From Candidatus Omnitrophota bacterium (GTDB taxonomy: Bacteria; Omnitrophota; Gorgyraeia; JABMRG01; JAFGKX01): a stretch of DNA of 64,000 nt. This document shows positions 1 to 9,020 of the stretch, piece by piece. The notes under the pieces are model-generated. The model searched no databases, was not told the origin of the DNA, and saw nothing but the letters and a program-made list of their open reading frames with translations. The DNA is taken from positions 1,065-65,064 of the forward strand of contig JAZDPX010000022.1 of the NCBI GenBank assembly GCA_043797125.1. The letters run 5' to 3'. Within the stretch, counting starts at the first letter, position 1, and each line of letters starts with the position of its first letter. Made by a program: the position numbers and the translations under genes.

Positions 1-232
1 CAGGCACAAACCCGCAGCCAAGTTTGTAAGCCAAAGCGCCGCCGATGATAAATCCTCTTGCCTCTGCCGCGACTATCGTATCTATTTTTGCGTCTTTATA
101 TTTGTTGTGCAGCAGATCAACGACTTCTTTGAATTTGCCGCTGTTTTTAAGCAATGTCGTAATATCCCTGAAAAGTATTCCCTTTTTCGGAAAATCAGGT
201 ATGTTTCTGATATATTTTTTTAGTTCTTCCAT
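1..232 (-). CDS. apt: adenine phosphoribosyltransferase, N-terminal part (gene continues past window start)
   Basis: Reverse-strand translation from ATG at 232: [28 protein letters not shown]...[29 protein letters not shown], the typical APRT N-terminus and PRPP-binding region; not in the ORF track because it is truncated. Confidence 0.8.
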   Translation of the reverse strand, partial: MEELKKYIRNIPDFPKKGILFRDITTLLKNSGKFKEVVDLLHNKYKDAKIDTIVAAEARGFIIGGALAYKLGCGFVP

Positions 233-234
233 GT

Positions 235-1083
235 TCACTTCCCTTTGCTCTTTGTTCTTTGCTCTGTTCCAACCAACATGTCTCTTAACTGCTCCATTGC
301 CCTGTCCTCAATCTGCCTTACCCTCTCCTTGCTTATCCTCAAGCGCTTACCGATATCTTCAAGCGTAACAGGCTCTTTGTTGTTAAGGCCAAACCTTAGC
401 ATAAGTACCTTCTTATATCGCGGTTTTAACGCGTCTATAACCTCGCTCACCTTTTCATGCTGCAGAAGTTTGCTTATATTTTCAAACGGAGATTCCGCGG
501 ATATATCTTCAACCAAATCCAATAGCTTGCCTGCTCCGTCCTCACCGATAGGTGTTTCCAGAGATGTGGGCACAGTATCCATTGCCTGTTTTATTTCTTT
601 AATCTTGGCTACATGGATGTTTAGCTTTTTCGCAATTTCACCTGTCCTTGGCTTGCGGTGCAGTTTATGTTTAAGGTGCTCAACCATCTTTCTGTACCTG
701 CTAATGGCCTCTGCCATATAAACAGGCACGCGTATGGTCTTGCCTTGCTCTGACAATGCCCTTAATATGGCTTGTTTTATCCACCAGCTCGCGTATGTTG
801 AAAACCTGTATCCTGTCCTCGGGTCATATTTTTTCACAGCCTTCATAAGGCCGAGATTGCCTTCTTCAATTAAATCCAGAAGTGGAACGCCGAATTTAGA
901 GTATCTCTTTGCAATGTTTACAACTAAGCGCAGGTTCGATTGGATCATTTTGCGTTTTGCCCTTAAATCCCCCTTTTTAATGCGCTTGGCCAGATGTTTT
1001 TCCTCTTCAAGAGTTAAAAGAGGGGCCTTATCTATATCTTTAAGATATAGTTTTATTGCTTCGAGATCTCCTACCTGCGGCAC
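235..1083 (-). CDS. RNA polymerase sigma-70 family factor (RpoD/RpoS-like, short form)
   Basis: Region 2 motif [37 protein letters not shown] and region 4.2 [19 protein letters not shown]; 282 aa without region 1.1. Confidence 0.85.
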   Translation of the reverse strand: MPQVGDLEAIKLYLKDIDKAPLLTLEEEKHLAKRIKKGDLRAKRKMIQSNLRLVVNIAKRYSKFGVPLLDLIEEGNLGLMKAVKKYDPRTGYRFSTYASWWIKQAILRALSEQGKTIRVPVYMAEAISRYRKMVEHLKHKLHRKPRTGEIAKKLNIHVAKIKEIKQAMDTVPTSLETPIGEDGAGKLLDLVEDISAESPFENISKLLQHEKVSEVIDALKPRYKKVLMLRFGLNNKEPVTLEDIGKRLRISKERVRQIEDRAMEQLRDMLVGTEQRTKSKGK

Positions 1084-1084
1084 A

Positions 1085-3859
1085 TTAAACCTCTTCTTTT
1101 ATTGCTGCGTGGGCAGCTGCAAGCCTCGCAATAGGCACTCTAAACGGCGAGCAGCTTACATAATCCATTCCTACAAAATGGCAGAATTCTATGCTCGACG
1201 GATCGCCGCCATGCTCTCCGCATATGCCAACTTTTAGATTCTTGTTTGTAGAACGCCCTTTTCTTATTCCCATTGAAATAAGCTCTCCTACCCCTTCTTT
1301 ATCTATGCTCTGAAAAGGGTCTTTCGGCAATATCTTTTTCTCTATATAATCCGGCAAAAATCCTCCGATGTCATCTCTGCTAAAGCCAAATGTCATCTGC
1401 GTAAGGTCGTTTGTGCCGAATGAGAAAAACTCCGCAACTTCAGCAATTTTATCAGCTGTTATGGCTGCCCTCGGAACTTCTATCATTGTCCCGATGGAAT
1501 ATTTTATCCTTACGCTGTATCTTGCCTGGACTTCTTCTGCAACTGACTTTATTATAGCGTATTGATTTACCATTTCAGCTTTTGAGCCTATTAACGGCAC
1601 CATTATTTCAGGATATACCTTTTTGTTCTTTTTTGTAAGTTCAGCAGCTGCTTCAAGTATGGCCGTAGCCTGCATGCGCGTTATCTCAGGATATGTGATT
1701 CCAAGCCTGCATCCTCTGTGCCCTAACATCGGGTTTAATTCATGCAGCTGGCTTATTCTCTTATCCAGCATTTCAACGCTTATGCTAAGTTCTTTTGCAA
1801 GCTCCTGTTTTTTATCTTCTTCATTCGGCAAAAACTCATGAAGAGGCGGATCTAAAAGCCTTATTGTGCACGGAAGCCCTTCCATTGCCTCCAATATGCC
1901 TAAGAAGTCCTTTTTCTGATAAGGCAAGAGCTCCTTTAAAGCGCTTTCTCTGTCAGCGACATTGTTTGCGATTATCATCTTGCGCATTGATTTTATTCTG
2001 GCCGGGTCAAAAAACATATGCTCTGTCCTGCATAGGCCTATGCCTTCGGCGCCGAATCTTCTTGCTGTAGCCGCGTCTTGCGGAGTGTCTGCGTTTGTCC
2101 TTATGCCCAAAGACCTTATTGTATCGCATAGGCGTAAAAAGTACTTTAAAGAAACATTACTCTCTATGTCAGCCTCTATCAAATCGAGTTTCCCTTCATA
2201 GACATGGCCTTTTGTTCCGTTTAAAGTAATCCAGTCGCCTTCTTTAATTGTTTTGTTTTTTGAGGTAAACTGTTTTTTCGCAATATCAATGTGTATATCG
2301 CTGCAGCCTACTATGCAGCATTTGCCCCAGCCTCTTGCAACTAACGCCGCGTGCGAGGTCATGCCGCCTTTTGCGGTTAATATTGCCTGCGCTGAATGCA
2401 TGCCGTGAACATCTTCAGGCGATGTCTCTTCCCTGACTAATATAACCTTTTTGCCGTCTTTTGCCCACTTTTCTGCGTCATCTGCCGTAAAAACAGCCAT
2501 TCCAAAAGCTCCGCCAGGCCCTGCAGGCAAACCCTTTGCAATCGGTGTCAGGGCTTTTTCTTTTACAGGGTCAAGCATGGGATGAAGAAGCTCGTCTAAC
2601 TGAGACGATGTAACTCGCATAACAGCTTCTTTTGCAGTAATCTGTTTATCCTTGTGCATATCAGCGGCCATTCTTACTGCCGCGGGCCCGTTTCTTTTGC
2701 CGACGCGGCACTGCAGGATAAAAAGCACGCCCTTTTCAATTGTAAATTCTATATCCTGCATATCCTTGTAATGTGCCTCAAGCCTTTTTTGTATATTGTA
2801 AAGTTCCTTATACAGCTTAGGCATTCCCTTTTCAAGGCTCACCAGTTTCTGATTCTGCCCTGATTTGCTGTATTCATTAATAGGCGCCGGCGTCCTTATT
2901 CCTGCAACGACATCTTCGCCTTGAGCGTTGACAAGGTATTCTCCGTAAAATTCATTTTCGCCGTTTGCCGGATTTCTTGTAAACGCAACACCTGTAGCGG
3001 AATCGTCACCCATATTGCCGAATACCATGCTCTGGACATTAACAGCAGTGCCCCATTCATCAGGTATGCTTTCTATCTTTCTATAAGATATCGCGCGCTT
3101 TCCGTTCCATGAAGCGAACACAGCTTCTATCCCGCCCCAAAGCTGTTTTGTCGCGTCATCCGGAAAAGGTTCGCCCAAGACTTCTTTTATTCTTTCCTTA
3201 TAAAGCTCGCACAATTTTTTCAAATCCTTAGCCGTTAAATCAGTATCCTGCTTAACGCCGTTGTCTTTTTTCATTTTATCCATGATTCCATCGAGCTGTT
3301 TTCTTATGCCTTTGTCATCGGATTTAGGCTCGATGCCTTTTGCCTTTTCCATAACTACGTCTGAATACATGGTGATCAAACGCCTATACGCGTCATAAAC
3401 AAATCTTTCATCTTTTGTCTTTTTAACCAATCCGGGGATGGTCTTACTTGTAAGGCCCACATTAAGCACTGTCTCCATCATTCCCGGCATTGACCTCTTG
3501 GCGCCGGAGCGGACAGAAACCAAAAGCGGGTCATTAGGATCCCCGAATTTTTTGTTCATTATTGATTCTATTTTCTTAAGAGCGGAATTTAACTGTTCCT
3601 CCAGGCCGTTTGGGTAGTTCCTCTTGTTTTTGTAAAAATGCGTGCAGACCTCCGTAGTTATTGTAAAGCCGGGCGGCACAGGCAGCCTCAAGTTTGGATG
3701 CCCCGCCATTTCAGCAAGATTTGCCCCTTTTCCGCCGAGCAGGTTTTTCATTTCAGCAGCGCCGTCAGCCTTTTCTGCCCCGAAAAAATACACATATTTT
3801 GCGTTTGTTTTCGCCTTTGCGCTTTTTTTACTCTTTTTGCTAACTGCCATTGTTGCCAT
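1085..3859 (-). CDS. ppdK: pyruvate, phosphate dikinase
   Basis: LLGGKGANLAEM near N-terminus, catalytic His region GGMTSHAALVARGWGKCCIVGC, 924 aa. Confidence 0.93.
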   Translation of the reverse strand: MATMAVSKKSKKSAKAKTNAKYVYFFGAEKADGAAEMKNLLGGKGANLAEMAGHPNLRLPVPPGFTITTEVCTHFYKNKRNYPNGLEEQLNSALKKIESIMNKKFGDPNDPLLVSVRSGAKRSMPGMMETVLNVGLTSKTIPGLVKKTKDERFVYDAYRRLITMYSDVVMEKAKGIEPKSDDKGIRKQLDGIMDKMKKDNGVKQDTDLTAKDLKKLCELYKERIKEVLGEPFPDDATKQLWGGIEAVFASWNGKRAISYRKIESIPDEWGTAVNVQSMVFGNMGDDSATGVAFTRNPANGENEFYGEYLVNAQGEDVVAGIRTPAPINEYSKSGQNQKLVSLEKGMPKLYKELYNIQKRLEAHYKDMQDIEFTIEKGVLFILQCRVGKRNGPAAVRMAADMHKDKQITAKEAVMRVTSSQLDELLHPMLDPVKEKALTPIAKGLPAGPGGAFGMAVFTADDAEKWAKDGKKVILVREETSPEDVHGMHSAQAILTAKGGMTSHAALVARGWGKCCIVGCSDIHIDIAKKQFTSKNKTIKEGDWITLNGTKGHVYEGKLDLIEADIESNVSLKYFLRLCDTIRSLGIRTNADTPQDAATARRFGAEGIGLCRTEHMFFDPARIKSMRKMIIANNVADRESALKELLPYQKKDFLGILEAMEGLPCTIRLLDPPLHEFLPNEEDKKQELAKELSISVEMLDKRISQLHELNPMLGHRGCRLGITYPEITRMQATAILEAAAELTKKNKKVYPEIMVPLIGSKAEMVNQYAIIKSVAEEVQARYSVRIKYSIGTMIEVPRAAITADKIAEVAEFFSFGTNDLTQMTFGFSRDDIGGFLPDYIEKKILPKDPFQSIDKEGVGELISMGIRKGRSTNKNLKVGICGEHGGDPSSIEFCHFVGMDYVSCSPFRVPIARLAAAHAAIKEEV

Positions 3860-5924
3860 CCCTTTCTCCTCCCTGTATCTGGCTTAGGTCTGCTATTTGT
3901 TTTACATATAACTCATTTATGTCCTTAAGCAGTTTAAGCCTGTTATTGCGTAATTGCCCGTTATCAACATTAACCATCACTTTATCGAAAAACTTATGCG
4001 TCACATCAAAAAGCGTTTCGCCGTATACTTTTGTTGCGTTACAATAGTCGCGCTGTTTAACAGGCGGGGTAATTCTTTCTTGTGCAGCCTTAAACGCCTT
4101 AAATAGCTGGGTTTCCTCGTCCGCCTCGAATAATGAGGTATCCACTGTATTAGCAAAGCTAGATACATTTCTTGTTATGTTGTTTGTTCTTTCAACAACG
4201 CAGCGCGCCTGTTCAAAATAAAACTCGCCTATTATATTACACAAAGCTGCCAATCTCAAGAAGAAATTATAAACATCGTCAAAACCGGAGGATATTACCG
4301 CAACCGTCAGATCGTTTCTAAACTTATACTGCTCAAGCATTATAACTGACAGCCTCTCCTTAAAAAACAACATGAACTCTTTCTTAAGATTTTCCTTATT
4401 TACCGCCCCGGGCGCCATATCAAATACAGCGCCAAAAATGCTTTCCAATGACAGGTTTATCTTGCCCGATACAATAATATTTATAATAGCGATGCATTGT
4501 CTGCGAAGAGCGTATAAATCCCAGTTGCCTTTGGGCTGATTGCCTGCCTTAAAATGGCATATAACAGAATCAAATTTATCGAGCAACGCCAATATTAAAC
4601 CTAATTTAGTCTGTGGCAATTTATCTTCCGCAAAGCGCGGGCAATAATGTTCTTCTATTGCCTGGGCTATTTTTTCTTCAACGCCCTCTGCTAACGCATA
4701 ATATTTTCCCATTATTCCCTGAAGGCTCGGGAATTCTCCAACCATCTGGGTCAGCAAATCTGCCTTACACAACTCGATAGCCTTAATCAGTTTCTTATAA
4801 TCCGCATCATCCAATTCAAGCGGCGTTTTAAGAAACTCGAGCAGCCTTTTTAGCCTTTGGGCCTTATCAGCATAAGAACCTAATTCCTTATGGAATATTA
4901 CGCCGTTTAATTGTTTTGTTCTTTGGGCAAGTGAAATCTGTAAATCCTCGTTATAAAAAAACAGGGCATCTTTCAATTTTGCGTCCAAAACCTGCTCGTA
5001 ATGGCGCCTTATTACGGCCTGGCGCTTTAAGTTGCCGTTTATCACAGCGATAAATCTATTCGTCAGTTTGCCTTCCTTATCCTGTAAAGGAAATATACGC
5101 TGGTTTTTTGAAGTGCTTGCAATTAAAACTTCCTGCGGCAGCTTAAGATATTGTTTGTCGAATATACCATCGATAAAATATGGGTATTCTACAAGCCCGG
5201 CAACTTCATCAAGCAATTGCTCGTTTTTGTGCCAGTTTCTTTTTGTAAGATGGTTTAAAATAATGCTTTTTCTTTCCTGGAAGCTATAAATAACATGGTG
5301 CTTTTTAAGCTTTTTAAAAAAATCTCCTGTGTTTTTTATCGTAACCTGCTGCGGGCTTAAAAGGCGATGTCCATACGTTATATTTGAAGCAAGAAGACCG
5401 CCTATGCTGCATTTAATGACTTCATCCGCGTACACTGCCAGAATCCATCTGATCGGACGGGGAAAGAATAGAACGTCGCCGTCCCAGAGCATATTTTTAT
5501 ATGTCGAAAGCGTAGGAACAACTTTTGGTATCCTATCCGCAAGCAGTTTTTTTACTAAAACCTGTTTTTTTACCTTTATCTTTTCTTTATCGCTCGCCGG
5601 TATTTCTTCTATATCTTTTACGGTTGCATCTATCCTTCTTAAAAATCCTTCCAATGCCTTTGTCGGTTTTCCACCCTTATCAAAGGCAATCTGTTTCGGA
5701 GGGCCTATTTCAATGCTGGTGTATGAATCAGGCAAGTTTTGTATATAGATGACTATTCGTCTGGGAGTAGCAAAAACCTCAGGTTTGATATCGCCAAGCT
5801 CTGCCTTACCTAATAAGGCATCTATCAGGCTTGCCTTAACCTGAGGGTCTTCGGATATGCCTGCGACAATTTTCGCCGGCAGCTCTTCGGCGCCTATCTC
5901 TAATATAAAATCTTTCTTTTTCAC
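3840..5924 (-). CDS. glyS: glycine--tRNA ligase beta subunit
   Basis: N-terminus MKKKDFILEIGAEELPAK typical of GlyS; 694 aa; directly downstream of glyQ. Confidence 0.9.
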   Translation of the reverse strand: MKKKDFILEIGAEELPAKIVAGISEDPQVKASLIDALLGKAELGDIKPEVFATPRRIVIYIQNLPDSYTSIEIGPPKQIAFDKGGKPTKALEGFLRRIDATVKDIEEIPASDKEKIKVKKQVLVKKLLADRIPKVVPTLSTYKNMLWDGDVLFFPRPIRWILAVYADEVIKCSIGGLLASNITYGHRLLSPQQVTIKNTGDFFKKLKKHHVIYSFQERKSIILNHLTKRNWHKNEQLLDEVAGLVEYPYFIDGIFDKQYLKLPQEVLIASTSKNQRIFPLQDKEGKLTNRFIAVINGNLKRQAVIRRHYEQVLDAKLKDALFFYNEDLQISLAQRTKQLNGVIFHKELGSYADKAQRLKRLLEFLKTPLELDDADYKKLIKAIELCKADLLTQMVGEFPSLQGIMGKYYALAEGVEEKIAQAIEEHYCPRFAEDKLPQTKLGLILALLDKFDSVICHFKAGNQPKGNWDLYALRRQCIAIINIIVSGKINLSLESIFGAVFDMAPGAVNKENLKKEFMLFFKERLSVIMLEQYKFRNDLTVAVISSGFDDVYNFFLRLAALCNIIGEFYFEQARCVVERTNNITRNVSSFANTVDTSLFEADEETQLFKAFKAAQERITPPVKQRDYCNATKVYGETLFDVTHKFFDKVMVNVDNGQLRNNRLKLLKDINELYVKQIADLSQIQGGERDGNNGS

Positions 5925-6048
5925 TATTTCCTCTATACTGCTAAGCCAAGTTTTAATAATGGATTGCTTCGTCGCCTGAAGAGAGCACAGGCTCCTCGCA
6001 ATGACGCAGCAAGGCTTCGCTCACAATCAGTAACACCTGCGTTAGTGA

Positions 6049-6210
6049 GGCTTTGGCAATGCGAGGTGCATTAGAAATTTTTTTCCAAATGTCTTTTTAG
6101 AACTTATGGCGCGGGAACGGCTAAGATTCCTTATTCTAGGGAAAGTGACCAAGCCATAAGTTCAAAAAGACGGAAAAAAATTTCAGCACCGAACATTGTC
6201 AAAGCCGAAC
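6049..6210. mobile_element. MITE-family-A copy inserted between glyQ and glyS
   Basis: ggctttggcaatgcgaggtgcattagaaa...ttttcagcaccgaacattgtcaaagccgaac, near-identical ends to 49076-49236. Confidence 0.65.
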
Positions 6211-6212
6211 TA

Positions 6213-7049
6213 TCAACGTTCCGTATACGCCTTCGCGCAGCCTATCGCCAGCTTCCTTACTCTCGCAATATAAGCCGCCCTCTCATTCACGCTTATCGCT
6301 CCCCGCGCGTCAAGCAGATTAAATACATGGGATGTCTTTAACATATTCTCGTAAGCGGGTAAAAGTAAATTTTCTTTTAAAAGCCTGCTTGATTCAGCTT
6401 CATACATATCAAATAATTTCAAAAGCATTGCCGGATCGGTTTTGTGAAAATTATATTCAGAGCCTTCCTTTTCGCCTTGCCTGTGCATATCAGCGTAGGT
6501 TGTATCCTTATTCCATTTTATCTTAAACACATCATCCACGCCCTGCAGGAACATGCATATGCGCTCTAAGCCGTATGTCAATTCGCATGGTATAACCTTA
6601 AGCGGTATTGAGCCCATCTGCTGAAAATAAGTGTACTGGGTAATTTCAAGGCTGTCTAACCATACCTCCCAGCCTAAACCGCTTGCCCCTAGAGTCGGTG
6701 ATTCCCAATCATCCTCGACAAACCTTATATCATGCTCTTTTCTCTTTATGCCTAAAAACTCAAGGCTGCTAAGATACAAATCCTGTATGCCTTTAGGATT
6801 AGGCTTAATAATCACCTGATATTGATAATATCTCTGCATCCTAAGGGGATTATCAGCATATCTTCCGTCGGTGGGCCTTCTTGAAGGCTGGACAAAAGCA
6901 ACCTTCCAAGGCTTATCATCCAATGATTTAAAAAAAGTCATAGGATGAAACGTGCCTGCGCCTACCTCTATATCCTGTGGTTGTGCGATGACACAGCCCT
7001 GTTTTTTCCAAAACTCATCAAGCTTGCTTATTAGATCCTGAAAGTACAT
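6213..7049 (-). CDS. glyQ: glycine--tRNA ligase alpha subunit
   Basis: [19 protein letters not shown]... highly conserved GlyQ; 278 aa. Confidence 0.93.
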   Translation of the reverse strand: MYFQDLISKLDEFWKKQGCVIAQPQDIEVGAGTFHPMTFFKSLDDKPWKVAFVQPSRRPTDGRYADNPLRMQRYYQYQVIIKPNPKGIQDLYLSSLEFLGIKRKEHDIRFVEDDWESPTLGASGLGWEVWLDSLEITQYTYFQQMGSIPLKVIPCELTYGLERICMFLQGVDDVFKIKWNKDTTYADMHRQGEKEGSEYNFHKTDPAMLLKLFDMYEAESSRLLKENLLLPAYENMLKTSHVFNLLDARGAISVNERAAYIARVRKLAIGCAKAYTER

Positions 7050-7065
7050 AGCGAACTCCCTTTCC

Positions 7066-7152
7066 GGCGTTTTAATTCAAAATTCAAAATATAAAATGTA
7101 AAATTACAATTTAAAATTCTAAATTATTTAAAAATTTTTAATTTTGAATTTC
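7066..7152. repeat. AT-rich intergenic inverted-repeat element (aattcaaaat/gtaaaattacaatt units), family copy 1
   Basis: Shares a TTNAAAATT-unit structure with 12809-12958, 55566-55682 and 60344-60457. Confidence 0.6.
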
Positions 7153-7907
7153 TACGCGCCTATCCCGACAGCCTTAATGAACCTCGCGCTCTTAAGGTGC
7201 TCGCCAAGCTGGTAATCTATAAACCTCTCTAACAATTCAGAAATCTGTTTTCGTAAATCCCTGCTTATGCTTATGCGCGATAAATTTGGGGTTTGAGTCT
7301 TTGCAAGCATGCGCATAGAGGCAACAGCCCCGTCTGATACAGCAAAAGATTGCACGTCAGCTCCAAGGCATTTTCCGCAAAGAAGGCCGCCAAACCTTAC
7401 GCTAAAATTACCTTGCCTCATAAGCGGGCTTTCGCAGTTTACACAAGCCTCTAACTGCGGCATGAGGCCAAGCAGTTTCAAAAAATTTATCTGAAACGCC
7501 ATTACTACTTTATCAATAAAATGTTCTGAATTGAGGGATTTTAGCGTTTCCAAAAGCAGCAAATAAATGCGGCTGTTTTTGTCCTCTAAAGGAGTAAGCT
7601 TATCGACCAGCTCTACCATATAATAAGCCCACAGCCTTCTCTCTAAATCTATATTAAGCTGTTTGAATGCTTCTTTAAGGTCGCATTCTGAAATGGTGTA
7701 TATGTCTTTTCTCTTTTTCTCATAATATACAATATCATAATCAGCGAATTCATGCAGATAGGCCCCGAATACCGCGTTTGGCCCGCGCACGCCTTTTATC
7801 AGGCCTTTAATCTTGCCGAAGTCCTGTGTATAAAAGCTAACTATGCAACTTGTCTCTCTGGTCTCTTTTCTGCTAAGCAACAGGGCTTGAGTTTTTTGTA
7901 TGGCCAT
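7152..7907 (-). CDS. recO: DNA repair protein RecO
   Basis: N-terminal OB-fold sequence ALLLSRKETRETSCIVSFYTQDFGKIKG, C4 zinc motif CVNCES...CGKC, 251 aa; conserved position after dgkA/ybeY. Confidence 0.85.
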   Translation of the reverse strand: MAIQKTQALLLSRKETRETSCIVSFYTQDFGKIKGLIKGVRGPNAVFGAYLHEFADYDIVYYEKKRKDIYTISECDLKEAFKQLNIDLERRLWAYYMVELVDKLTPLEDKNSRIYLLLLETLKSLNSEHFIDKVVMAFQINFLKLLGLMPQLEACVNCESPLMRQGNFSVRFGGLLCGKCLGADVQSFAVSDGAVASMRMLAKTQTPNLSRISISRDLRKQISELLERFIDYQLGEHLKSARFIKAVGIGA

Positions 7908-8615
7908 TTAAGCCTGCGAGAATATCTGGTATACAAGAATCGTTATAATGCATCCGAGAAGAGCGCCAATAAAGACCTCCCAAAAACTGTGCAGGCCTTT
8001 GCGTACCCTGCTTTGCGACACAAGCATCGCTAAAATCAAGGCAAGCACAGAAATCAGGGCATTGCCCGAAGCAAACGCTATTATTGTGCTCATTGAAAAA
8101 GATACTGCGGCATGCCCGCTTGGCATCCCGCCTTTTAAGGGCGTGCCCTTATGAAAAAGCGCTTTTGTCAAAATTACTATTGCGGTGATTAATATCAATG
8201 CCAAAAAAGTGATATGCCAGTTCGACTGCCTCAACCTGAACATTGCGGCGCTGAATTCCTTAAATATATCATGCTTAATAAATAAAAAATAGGATATGAC
8301 AACAGCGTTTATGGAGGCTATTAATACGGTGCCTGCTGATACATCCTTTATAATTTTTATCCTCTGGTCTCTAACATTCACCAGCCTGTCCAGTAGAAAT
8401 TCGATTCCGGTATTAAACATCTCCGCCACAAGCACAAAGGTTATTGTAAGGCATAAAATCATAATTTCTATCCTGTTAAAATTTAAGTATACCCCGGCAA
8501 TAATCACAAGCACAGCTATGATAAAATGAATACGCATGTTTCTCTGCGTCTTCAGCGTGTGCAGAAAACCCTCTATGGCGGCATTAAAACTATCGACTAT
8601 CTTTGGCTTTTCCAT
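7908..8615 (-). CDS. dgkA: diacylglycerol/undecaprenol kinase (DgkA) fused to a C-terminal PAP2 phosphatase domain
   Basis: N-terminal 120 aa match DgkA (three TM helices, EMFNTGIE); C-terminal part has PAP2 motifs KGGMPSGHAA and SRVRKGLHSFWEV. Confidence 0.75.
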   Translation of the reverse strand: MEKPKIVDSFNAAIEGFLHTLKTQRNMRIHFIIAVLVIIAGVYLNFNRIEIMILCLTITFVLVAEMFNTGIEFLLDRLVNVRDQRIKIIKDVSAGTVLIASINAVVISYFLFIKHDIFKEFSAAMFRLRQSNWHITFLALILITAIVILTKALFHKGTPLKGGMPSGHAAVSFSMSTIIAFASGNALISVLALILAMLVSQSRVRKGLHSFWEVFIGALLGCIITILVYQIFSQA

Positions 8616-9001
8616 AAAAGACTTACAAGCTCGCCTTCTTTTTTTCGCATTTTTTGCGAATCTTTCGTTTTTAAATCGCCATACCCTAACAGGTGCAAAA
8701 TTCCGTGAGCTATGTAAAGCATAATCTCGCTCTTGAAAGACGTGTTAAACCTTTTAGAATTTGTCATTGCCTTTTGCGGGCATATAACTATATCGCCCAA
8801 ATAATTATCAAAGGCCCTGCTTTTAAACCTGCCAGGGTTTATGGCTATTACGTCGGTTATTGTATTTTTTTTGAAATACTCGCCGTTAAGGCGCCTGATT
8901 CTGTAAGATGATACAAATATCAGGGATATAAAAGAACTCTTTGGCTGCTTAAGATATTTTAAAAATTTAAAAGCGGCCTTTTTTATCATATTTTCATCCA
9001 T
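8597..9001 (-). CDS. ybeY: rRNA maturation endoribonuclease YbeY (start probably the internal Met, not the track start at 9085)
   Basis: Zinc motif HGILHLLGYGD; starting at MDENMIKKAAF avoids a 65-nt overlap with the upstream HD gene. Confidence 0.8.
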   Translation of the reverse strand: MDENMIKKAAFKFLKYLKQPKSSFISLIFVSSYRIRRLNGEYFKKNTITDVIAINPGRFKSRAFDNYLGDIVICPQKAMTNSKRFNTSFKSEIMLYIAHGILHLLGYGDLKTKDSQKMRKKEGELVSLLWKSQR

Positions 9002-9020
9002 CCTGACCTTATTCTGAAGA

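Noticed and set aside
45-1237. Plus-strand ORFs 45-368, 245-721 and 734-1237
   Set aside because: They lie wholly antisense to the well-conserved sigma factor and ppdK genes and have low-complexity Ser/Leu-rich translations; they are shadow ORFs.
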